Shown here in pieces: positions 54,005 through 61,994 of a stretch of 64,000 bases of DNA. This stretch comes from Niastella sp. (GTDB lineage Bacteria > Bacteroidota > Bacteroidia > Chitinophagales > Chitinophagaceae): the NCBI GenBank assembly GCA_016710595.1, contig JADJVM010000005.1, forward strand, positions 339,657 through 403,656, written 5' to 3'. A program made the translations under genes and the position numbers. The notes beneath the pieces are model-generated. The model searched no databases and was not told the origin of the DNA. It saw only the letters and a list, made by a program, of their open reading frames with translations. Numbering within the stretch: the first letter of the stretch is position 1; the number at the start of each line of letters is the position of its first letter.

Positions 54005-57000
54005 ATGAAAAACGGTTTTTCAGGAAATATAGCCAAAGCCTTTATACAATCTAAATTAACCATCCTGCTGATGATTGGGTTCCTGCTTATTGGCGGGTAT
54101 AGCACTTTTCTTATTCCACGGGAAGAAGAGCCTCAAATAACAGTGCCTATGGCTGATATTTTTATTGGTTACCCGGGTGCAACACCTAAAGATGCTGAAA
54201 CGAAAGTAGCAGCTCCTTTAGAAAAAATTATTTCTAATATCAAAGGTGTGGAGTATGTGTATTCTACCAGTATGGAAGGACAGGTGATGATTATAGTACA
54301 ATTTAAAGTAGGAGAAGATGTGGAACGGTCTCTTGTAAAATTGTATAGTGAGTTGATGAAAAATATGGATAAAATGCCGCAAGGCATCGGCCTGCCATTA
54401 ATTAAAACAAGGGCCATTGATGATGTGCCCGTATTGGGCCTCACTTTATGGAGTAACCATTATGATGATTACCAGCTTAAACAAATAGGACAAGCCTTTA
54501 CCAATGAAATAAAAAAAATTACGGATGTAAGTGATATCAACATAATGGGTGGAAGAAGCCGGCAAGTAAAAGTACTGCTAGACAAGAATAAAATGGCTGA
54601 AAATAAAGTTGATTTCTTATCTATAAACAAACAAATACAGGGTAGCAATGCCCAAATGAATAGCGGTAATTTATTACAGCAAGACACTGTTTTTTCTGTG
54701 GTAACAGGAAATTTTTTAAACAATGCAGAAGATGTTGCCAACCTGGTAATAGGCATTAATCAACAACAACCCGTTTACCTGAAACAAATTGCAACAGTAG
54801 AAGAAGGGCCAGAAACGAGTAACCAATATGTATTATTTGGCTATGGTAAAGCTGACACTACAATGGCTGGTGCATTCAAATCGAATTACCCTGCCATTAC
54901 CTTAAGTATTGCAAAAACAAAAGGTGCAGATGCGATGAAATTATCCAAACAAATTTTGGATAAAGTAGAAACCCTCAAAAAAGATTTATTGCCCAACGAA
55001 GTACAGCTAACGGTAAGCCGCAATTACGGTGAAACCGCTTCCCATAAAGTTTCAGAATTATTATTTCATTTATTTATTTCAATTGTAGTAGTAACCTTGT
55101 TTGTAATGCTGGCCATGGGTTGGCGTGGCGGCTTAGTGGTATTCCTTTCGGTACCGGTAACCTTTGCGCTAACTTTATTTAGCTATTATTTTATGGATTA
55201 TACCCTCAATAGAATAACGCTTTTTGCGCTGGTATTTATAACGGGTATCGTGGTTGATGATTCCATCATTATTGCAGAAAATATGCACCGGCATTTTAAA
55301 ATGAAAAAACTGCCGCCCTTGCAAGCTGCGATTTATGCAATCAATGAAGTGGGCAACCCAACTATTTTAGCAACCTTTACCGTAGTGGCTGCTGTATTAC
55401 CCATGGCATTTGTATCTGGCATGATGGGCCCTTACATGAGCCCCATGCCAATAGGTGCATCCATCGCAATGATGCTTTCTTTAGTGGTAGCCCTTACACT
55501 TACACCCTACCTTGGCTATATCTTTTTGCGGGAAAAGGAAAAGAAAGGAAATGCTTCCAATGAAAAAAAATCACCAGGCCTGGAAGAAAACAGGATCTAT
55601 AAAATATATTATGCATTTATAAATCCGCTGTTGAATAGTCGTTGGAAACGCTGGACTTTTATGCTGAGTATTGTCGTTATTTTATTAGGTTCCTTAATGC
55701 TGTTTTATACCAAATCCGTAGCCCTAAAAATGTTGCCATTTGATAATAAAAATGAATTCCAGGTAGTGATCGATATGCCAGAAGGAACTACACTGGAAAA
55801 AACACAGACAGTTACTAAAGATATTGCAGCTTATGTTTCTACCCACACATTGGTAGAAAATTACCAGGCTTATATCGGTACTGCGGCTCCTATAAGTTTT
55901 AATGGTTTAGTAAGGCATTATGATTTAAGACGGGGAGATAACGTGGCAGACATACAAGTAAATTTAGTTGGTAAAGATAAAAGGGATTTACAAAGCCATG
56001 ATATTGCCAAGCTCATGCGAAAACCTATTCAGGAAATTGCTAAAAAATATAATGCCAATGTAAAAATTGTAGAAGTGCCTCCGGGGCCACCGGTATTATC
56101 TACATTGGTTGCAGAAATTTATGGCCCTGATTACAAGGAGCAAATAAAAATTGCAGACCAGGTGAAAAACTTATTTACTAAAACCAGTAATGTGGTAGAT
56201 GTGGACTGGATGGTTGAAAATAAACAACCGGAATATAAAGTAGAAGTAGATAAGGAAAAAGCCATGCGGTATGGTGTATCACCTGCACAAATAACGGCTA
56301 TCGTAAATGCTGCTGTAAGTGGCATGCCGGCGGGAAATATTTTTCAACCGGAAGCTTTTACCCAAACACAAATTCGTTTGCAATTAGGTGATGATGAAAA
56401 ATCTGACATACAGGATTTACTTGATGTAAAAATTATCGGTATGCAGGGTAATGCCGTACCAGTAAGGGATTTGGTAACGGTAAGCCGTGATACAAAACCA
56501 GGAAATATTTATCGCAAAAATCAAAAAGAAGTGGTATATGTTTTAGCTGATATGTCCGGCAATTTAGAAAGCCCATCTTATGCTATTGCTGATATTTCTG
56601 CGAAAATAAAAAACATTAAAATACCCAAAGGGTACACACTAAGTGAAGAATATACCCATCAACCGGAATTACAGGAAAACTATACCATAAAATGGGATGG
56701 GGAGTGGCAGATTACGTATGAAGTGTTTAGAGACCTGGGTATTGCCTTTGCGGTGGTAATATTATTAATTTATATTTTAATTGTAGGCTGGTTTCAAAAT
56801 TTCACGGTTCCGCTGGTAATGCTTGCAGCCATCCCTTTATCCTTAATAGGAATTGTGTTGGGGCATTGGATGCTGGGCGCATATTTCACTGCAACTTCCA
56901 TGATTGGGTTTATAGCGCTGGCGGGTGTGATGGTACGGAACTCTGTACTGCTGATAGATTTTATCAATATCCGGTTAAGGGAAAATATACCATTAAAACA

Positions 57001-57214
57001 AGCCATCATAGAAGCGGGAGCGGTACGTACCACGCCCATCTTATTAACGGCCGGTGCGGTAGCCCTGGGGGCCATCATCATTTTGTTTGATCCTATATTT
57101 CAGGGCCTGGCAATTTCATTAATGGGTGGTACCATTACATCTACCTTTCTTACATTATTAGTTGTGCCTTTATTATATTATAAAATGATGCGCAAAAAAA
57201 CATTAAAAAAATAA
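54005..57214 (+). CDS. Efflux RND transporter permease (AcrB/HAE-type)
   Basis: 1069 aa with 12 TM and two large periplasmic loops. TM4 block GIVVDDSIIIAEN. Confidence 0.9.
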   Translation: MKNGFSGNIAKAFIQSKLTILLMIGFLLIGGYSTFLIPREEEPQITVPMADIFIGYPGATPKDAETKVAAPLEKIISNIKGVEYVYSTSMEGQVMIIVQFKVGEDVERSLVKLYSELMKNMDKMPQGIGLPLIKTRAIDDVPVLGLTLWSNHYDDYQLKQIGQAFTNEIKKITDVSDINIMGGRSRQVKVLLDKNKMAENKVDFLSINKQIQGSNAQMNSGNLLQQDTVFSVVTGNFLNNAEDVANLVIGINQQQPVYLKQIATVEEGPETSNQYVLFGYGKADTTMAGAFKSNYPAITLSIAKTKGADAMKLSKQILDKVETLKKDLLPNEVQLTVSRNYGETASHKVSELLFHLFISIVVVTLFVMLAMGWRGGLVVFLSVPVTFALTLFSYYFMDYTLNRITLFALVFITGIVVDDSIIIAENMHRHFKMKKLPPLQAAIYAINEVGNPTILATFTVVAAVLPMAFVSGMMGPYMSPMPIGASIAMMLSLVVALTLTPYLGYIFLREKEKKGNASNEKKSPGLEENRIYKIYYAFINPLLNSRWKRWTFMLSIVVILLGSLMLFYTKSVALKMLPFDNKNEFQVVIDMPEGTTLEKTQTVTKDIAAYVSTHTLVENYQAYIGTAAPISFNGLVRHYDLRRGDNVADIQVNLVGKDKRDLQSHDIAKLMRKPIQEIAKKYNANVKIVEVPPGPPVLSTLVAEIYGPDYKEQIKIADQVKNLFTKTSNVVDVDWMVENKQPEYKVEVDKEKAMRYGVSPAQITAIVNAAVSGMPAGNIFQPEAFTQTQIRLQLGDDEKSDIQDLLDVKIIGMQGNAVPVRDLVTVSRDTKPGNIYRKNQKEVVYVLADMSGNLESPSYAIADISAKIKNIKIPKGYTLSEEYTHQPELQENYTIKWDGEWQITYEVFRDLGIAFAVVILLIYILIVGWFQNFTVPLVMLAAIPLSLIGIVLGHWMLGAYFTATSMIGFIALAGVMVRNSVLLIDFINIRLRENIPLKQAIIEAGAVRTTPILLTAGAVALGAIIILFDPIFQGLAISLMGGTITSTFLTLLVVPLLYYKMMRKKTLKK

Positions 57215-57224
57215 ACCCATCATC

Positions 57225-57533
57225 ATGAAATTATTGATAGTAACAAGCTTAAAAGAATGCCAGGAAGATGTAGCGCAAATTTTTAAAAATGCCAATATCA
57301 AGGCATTCAGTTATACCGGCATCACAGGTTCAAAAGATTCAAATGGCGATAACCTGTCAGAAGGCTGGTTTGCCAGTGGAGATGCCCAGTTTGATTCTTT
57401 GGTACAGTTTAGTTTTACGCAAGATGAAACTGCACAATATGCGATGAGATTGGTGAAAGCCTATAACGATAATAAAGATTCTAAATACCCTATCAGGGCA
57501 TTTATTTTAGCAGTAGAAAATTCAAGTCATTAA
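57225..57533 (+). CDS. Small soluble protein, ferredoxin-like/PII-like fold suspected
   Basis: 102 aa with a beta-alpha-beta pattern by eye. Positioned directly after the RND permease (compare DUF3240 after czcA in proteobacteria). Weak evidence. Confidence 0.35.
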   Translation: MKLLIVTSLKECQEDVAQIFKNANIKAFSYTGITGSKDSNGDNLSEGWFASGDAQFDSLVQFSFTQDETAQYAMRLVKAYNDNKDSKYPIRAFILAVENSSH

Positions 57534-57545
57534 AAAATAATAATT

Positions 57546-57743
57546 ATGAGAGAAAAAATTGTAAGGGCCGTCGCCGGCTCGATGGTGCTCATCAGCATTA
57601 GCCTGGCATATTTTGTAAATATAAACTGGCTATTACTTGGCGTTTTTGTAGGGGTAAATTTATTACAATCCAGTTTTACAAGGTTTTGCCCATTAGAGAA
57701 AATTTTAGATGCCGCAGGTGTAGAGAAAGGAAATAGCTGCTAG
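57546..57743 (+). CDS. DUF2892 (YgaP-like) small membrane protein
   Basis: RAVAGSMVLISISLAYF...LLGVFVGVNLLQSSFTRFCPLEKIL is the characteristic DUF2892 C-terminal FCP motif. Confidence 0.6.
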   Translation: MREKIVRAVAGSMVLISISLAYFVNINWLLLGVFVGVNLLQSSFTRFCPLEKILDAAGVEKGNSC

Positions 57744-57830
57744 ACCTTTCAGGATATAAGCAGTATCCACCTCAAGTTTTAAAACATATCTTTGCCATTC
57801 ATTTTAAATGATCTTATTGTAATATAATGT

Positions 57831-58460
57831 ATGGCAAATGAGTTAACATTTAATGCTGCTTTTGAGCCGGCATTGATAGATGAAATGCATGAATTTGGAG
57901 AAGTAAAATTTTACCAGGAAGGAGACATCATAATGGATTATGGTAAATACATCCGTATGATGCCCTTAATTTTAAAGGGTACGGTTAAAGTGCTTCGGAT
58001 GGATGAATTAGGGAAAGAAATTTTACTGTATTATTTATCCAGTAATGAGAGTTGCTCCATGGCCTACAGTTGTTGTATTGAAGCAAAAAAGAGTGAAGTA
58101 AAAGCAGTAGCGGAAGAAGACGTGGAACTCTTAGCAATCCCGCATGAAAAATTAGATGAATGGCTTTGTAAATATCCCAGTTGGAAAAATTACATCATGC
58201 GTAGCTTTAATGAACGCTTTTTAGAAATGCTTAAAAGTATTGAGAGCATTGCTTTTCATAAATTGGATGAACGCCTGGTAAATTATTTAAAAGAAAAGCA
58301 ACGGCTTTCAGGTTCCAGTATTATTAAAGCCTCACATGGCCAAATTGCTGATGAACTGGCTACGAGCCGGGTAGTAATTTCCCGCCTGCTAAAACAACTT
58401 GAAAATGATAAAAGAATTATTCTTTACCGAAACGAAATTAAGTTGTTGAAAGAATTATAA
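57831..58460 (+). CDS. Crp/Fnr family transcriptional regulator
   Basis: cNMP-binding beta-barrel followed by a C-terminal HTH (SHGQIADELATSRVVISRLLKQLE). No N-terminal FNR Cys cluster. An internal CSMAYSCC is present. Confidence 0.85.
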   Translation: MANELTFNAAFEPALIDEMHEFGEVKFYQEGDIIMDYGKYIRMMPLILKGTVKVLRMDELGKEILLYYLSSNESCSMAYSCCIEAKKSEVKAVAEEDVELLAIPHEKLDEWLCKYPSWKNYIMRSFNERFLEMLKSIESIAFHKLDERLVNYLKEKQRLSGSSIIKASHGQIADELATSRVVISRLLKQLENDKRIILYRNEIKLLKEL

Positions 58461-58594
58461 AAATTAAACACACTAAAGTCTTACGTAATCGGCACCCATT
58501 AAATAATGGAATTAAAATCCTTCCTAGTTCAAATCATTACTTAAAAACTGTGGCCTTAATTAATAGTTTTTGTTCCACATTACTGTAAGCAAAG

Positions 58595-58638
58595 CCCTCT
58601 GATTAATCGTGCTTGTGCGGGACTCTAACCAACTGAGC
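58595..58638 (-). repeat. tRNA-5'-half-like repeat, copy 1, ending in the 12-bp core CCCTCTGATTAA
   Basis: Minus strand reads TAGCTCAGTTGGTTAGAGTCCCGCACAAGCACGA-TTAATCAGAGGG: a D-arm-like GCTC/AGTTGGTTA/GAGT plus the core. 37 of 44 positions match copy 2 by my count. Confidence 0.5.
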
Positions 58639-58906
58639 TAATTCCAGATAGCATGAATTCAGGATTGCATAGTTGTTCTAATAATTTTCTGCTTTTTTGA
58701 TTATTTAAAAAATTTTCAATTTTGATTGCCTCAGACTGATCGGAAGAACAACTAAATATAGCTGCAATTTTGCAGGGGCGATGTTTTGATATATAGGTAT
58801 TAAATGGTTTTATTCTACTTAGTATTTATCAGCGGGAACTGATTATAGAATGTAAATAAAAAATATAACCCAAGTTACAAATTCCAATAATTTATAACAA
58901 AAATGC

Positions 58907-58926
58907 CGGACAATTGTCCGATTTTT
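58907..58926. terminator. Palindromic hairpin with flanking T-runs on both strands (possible bidirectional terminator)
   Basis: CGGACAATTGTCCG followed by ATTTTT. On the other strand it is followed by GCATTTTTG. Confidence 0.35.
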
Positions 58927-58960
58927 GCTCTTCCTTTTTGTACGACATTGTGGGGGCACC

Positions 58961-59004
58961 CCCTCTGATTAATTTCGCATGTGCGGGGCTCTAACCAATT
59001 GAAC
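58961..59004 (-). repeat. tRNA-5'-half-like repeat, copy 2, ending in the 12-bp core CCCTCTGATTAA
   Basis: Minus strand reads GGTTCAATTGGTTAGAGCCCCGCACATGCGAAA-TTAATCAGAGGG. Not foldable into a cloverleaf (no anticodon stem, no T-arm). Confidence 0.5.
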
Positions 59005-59023
59005 CTACAATTTTCTATATCCT

Positions 59024-59054
59024 AAAAATAAAAAAGGCCAACACAACAGTTGAC
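59024..59054 (-). terminator. Rho-independent terminator of the (disrupted) tRNA gene
   Basis: Minus strand reads GTCAAC-TGTTGT-GTTGGC followed by CTTTTTTATTTTT. It starts 9 nt after the tRNA 3' end. Confidence 0.5.
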
Positions 59055-59063
59055 TTTTTTAAG

Positions 59064-59110
59064 CTCCCCCTGCTGGACTTGAACCAGCGACCCTCTGATT
59101 AACAGTCAGT
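59064..59110 (-). pseudogene. 3' portion of a tRNA-Asn(GTT) gene (anticodon arm to acceptor 3' strand); 5' half absent, so a displaced att-side fragment
   Basis: Minus strand reads (A)CTGA-CTGTTAA-TCAGA-GGGTC-GCTGG-TTCAAGT-CCAGC-AGGGGGA-G: a perfect T-arm (GGTTCAAGTCC), a 5-nt variable loop and anticodon GTT. Upstream sequence (AAAATGCTAACGGT) has no D-arm and no TCCCCCT acceptor strand. Confidence 0.65.
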
Positions 59111-59207
59111 ACCGTTAGCATTTTCTGACTTCTCTTGCTTTCCTTTGTTATTGTAAACAACTGATTATCAATAAATATTTTTCTCTTGTTTTCCTTTATT
59201 ACTACAA

Positions 59208-59252
59208 TATTTAGTATTATTTAGTATCTTTGAGGTCACATTTGAGGTCACA
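59208..59252 (+). repeat. Two abutting perfect tandem duplications upstream of int (candidate arm-type recombinase/Xis sites)
   Basis: TATTTAGTAT x2 (59208-59227), then TTTGAGGTCACA x2 (59229-59252). The int ATG is at 59271. Confidence 0.6.
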
Positions 59253-59270
59253 TTAATCAAATTACTTCTT

Positions 59271-60492
59271 ATGGAACAGGAAAAAGTCACCGTCAGTTTC
59301 TTCCTTGATGCCTCCCGGCCAAGCTCCGAGGGTCAGTGCTTAATTAAGCTGAACATCTATCAGCGGCCAACAAAAAAAAGGTACGCCACCAAATACCACG
59401 CAACACCGGATGAATGGAAAAAAATCACCAGCTCCAATCTGCGTGATGATGAATTAAAGAAAATCAAAAAAGGGTTACGAGATATTGAAGAGAAAGCAGA
59501 CAAAATCATAGAAAAACTGGTTCCCTTTTCGTTTGTTGCTTTTGAAGAACAGTTTTTTAATAAAGAGGCTGCAAAGCATAGCAATACTTTGCAGTATTGG
59601 TTTGAAAAATATATCGTTCAGCTTAATCAATCCGGACAAATTGGAACCTCCATATCCTACAAGACCACACTAAATTCAATAAACGGTTTTAAGAAAAAGC
59701 TGAGCCTGCATGATATTACTCCAGCCTTTTTATTGGATTATGAAAACTATATGTTGAAAGATGGCAAATCAGTAAGCACGGTTGGTATTTACATGCGGCA
59801 GCTCCGGGCCATCATTAACCAGGCTATTGATGCCAATGTTATTTCATCAGACAAATACCCTTTTAAGAAATACCAGATTCCCGCCTACCGTAATATCAAA
59901 AAAAGCGCTGAGTGAAGCGGACCTGAATAAATTACTTACCTACAATCCCAAGTCAGCGGATAAACAAAAAGCAATTGATTTCTGGCTATTCTCTTATTTG
60001 TGTAATGGAATGAACTTCGCCGATATTATAGAACTGAAGCCCGAAAATATCAACGGCAATTACCTGCACTTCATTAGGGTAAAAACCAAACGTACCAAGA
60101 AGAAAGATTTGCGGCCCATCCGGGTTGGGCTAAATCCAAAAGCTATTGATATTATCAAAAGGCAAAAGAATACTGTTCCTGCAAACCCATATCTCTTTCC
60201 AGTTTTAGAAAAAGACTTAACGCCGCTTACCACTAAGCACCGTTGCCAGCGTTTTATTAAATGGGTAAATAATAAAATGGAATCAATCCGTAAGGAATTG
60301 AAAATAGAACAAAAGATAGGTACGTATTCAGCCAGGCACTCGTTTTCAACAGTACTCAAACGCAAGGGTGTTTCAACTGAATTTATTAAAGAATCACTGG
60401 GGCATAGTTCATCTGTTACAACTGAAAATTATTTAGATAGCTTTACAGACGATGTAAAACTGGAATATGCAAATTTGCTAACGCAACTTTAA
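59271..60492 (+). pseudogene. int: Tyrosine-type site-specific integrase (Bacteroidetes arm-binding/SAM-like/catalytic architecture), split by a frameshift in an A7 run
   Basis: ORF 59271-59915 carries the Arm-DNA-binding and SAM-like domains. The +1 frame from the A7 run (59898-59904) continues KKALSEADLNKLL... with the catalytic residues (R in HFIRVKTKR, ARHSFST, LGHSS, TENYL). Removing one A restores a roughly 406-aa integrase. Confidence 0.8.
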
Positions 60493-60502
60493 TGCACACC
60501 AT

Positions 60503-61561
60503 ATGGAAATGACAATCTTCAATCATATCCTGTTCGACAGCCTGATGCCTTGGCTTGTCAAATCATATGATGTTACAATGATGAATGAGAAGTTGAAGGA
60601 AGCAGCCAAAGTTAAAAATGAATCAATGCCTGGCTTGGTCAATCAAATAAAATGCCTGTTGAATGATAAGCCAAGATTACTAAAATGGGTGGAAAGCCAA
60701 CCAAGTAATGAAACCGAATCATTAAGAGAGTTGACATTTTCTACAGAGTTACCTGAATTTACTGATACAGCTTCCAAGTTTTATTCCTTACTGATTGATC
60801 AGGAATCATTCCGCATTTACAATGCATACCTGAGCATTTCCGAAAAATATGCACATGATGAAGACTTACTTCACTTTCATACTGTCAATGCCCTGCGGAA
60901 TTTGAAACATTACATTCTAACCGCTTCAAAAGAAATAAAAAAGAGGGAACTATCAATCGATAAAGAATCAGGCACCAATTTGGTTACGTTTGTATTGTAT
61001 TATGTCAAGTACAAACTCATTACACTTTACTTCAGCATCCAGCTTGTCAATAAGCATGTCATAGAAACCATTTATGAAATAACCGATTTCTACCTGATGG
61101 AACTCGGGGAAACAAAATCAGATATTCACCCTATCTATTACGACGGCCCTAAAACAAAAACAGCCGACAAGAAAGAAACAGCCAGCAAACGATTGTCTTT
61201 TGGCTTTACTGGCAAACAAGTCAAGCTGAAAACCATCATTAACACACTATGTACAAAAGTCGACTTATTGAAAGAAGATAAATCACCGGCTGACTTACTA
61301 ATACAGTTACTACTTTCTAAAGACATCACACCGGGAAAGATTGCAATTTACTTGGACTGCGATAATAAAAATTTCCGCTACATTATTGAGAAATTGGCAT
61401 CGGACTATTTCGACAATCTTACTTTTATAAATATTGAACACAGCCAGTCGTTTTTCTCTAAAAAAGGCCATCCCATCAAATCAAATAACCTCTCCAAAGC
61501 AGTTTCCCACAACCCTAAATCAAAAACAGAAATAGACAAAATCTTCAACCAACTGCAATAA
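60503..61561 (+). CDS. Hypothetical protein of the integrated element
   Basis: 352-aa ORF immediately after int. No family recognised. I considered RteC-like but cannot support it. Confidence 0.45.
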   Translation: MEMTIFNHILFDSLMPWLVKSYDVTMMNEKLKEAAKVKNESMPGLVNQIKCLLNDKPRLLKWVESQPSNETESLRELTFSTELPEFTDTASKFYSLLIDQESFRIYNAYLSISEKYAHDEDLLHFHTVNALRNLKHYILTASKEIKKRELSIDKESGTNLVTFVLYYVKYKLITLYFSIQLVNKHVIETIYEITDFYLMELGETKSDIHPIYYDGPKTKTADKKETASKRLSFGFTGKQVKLKTIINTLCTKVDLLKEDKSPADLLIQLLLSKDITPGKIAIYLDCDNKNFRYIIEKLASDYFDNLTFINIEHSQSFFSKKGHPIKSNNLSKAVSHNPKSKTEIDKIFNQLQ

Positions 61562-61662
61562 AAAACATTCACTTTATTCAGGCTGCACATTCAGGTATGA
61601 ATACCTGAACCTTTTTCCCTTGCCATAAAGCCAATTTGCCATCAAATTAAAAATTTAATAAC

Positions 61663-61962
61663 ATGGCAAACGAAAATTTAATTCTCGACAAGCTCACCGA
61701 AATCGCTAACAAGCTGGATGAGCAAAACCTGTTGCAAAAAACAACACTCAACTTTAACGAGGCTTGTAAATACCTCGATGTTAGTCCCTCCCACTTGTAC
61801 AAACTGACCAGTACAAAACAAGTCCCGCATTTCTGTCCTCAGGGTAAAAAGCTCTATTTCCGCCGGGACGAACTCGACATCTGGCTGCAACGAAACAGGC
61901 AGTCAGCCGAAGAACCAGACCAGGATGCTGCTGACCTCGTAATCCGCAGCAGAAAGAGTTAA
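61663..61962 (+). CDS. Excisionase-like helix-turn-helix (HTH_17/MerR-superfamily) DNA-binding protein
   Basis: LNFNEACKYLDVSPSHLYKLTSTKQVPHFCPQGKKLYFRRDELDIWL is the typical pattern of Bacteroidetes element HTH/Xis proteins. Confidence 0.7.
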   Translation: MANENLILDKLTEIANKLDEQNLLQKTTLNFNEACKYLDVSPSHLYKLTSTKQVPHFCPQGKKLYFRRDELDIWLQRNRQSAEEPDQDAADLVIRSRKS

Positions 61963-61994
61963 CCCTATTTTTTTACTGAATAATGAACTGAACA

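Noticed and set aside
58595-59004. Copies 1 and 2 of the tRNA-like repeat, considered as functional tRNA genes.
   Set aside because: They have a D-arm-like segment only. There is no anticodon stem, no T-arm (GGTTCRANYC) and no consistent acceptor pairing. Copy 2 has a 6/7 acceptor-like pairing, but the interior cannot form a cloverleaf.
60503-61561. Identifying the 352-aa element protein as RteC-like.
   Set aside because: I could not find the C-terminal RteC signature I remember, so it is left as hypothetical.
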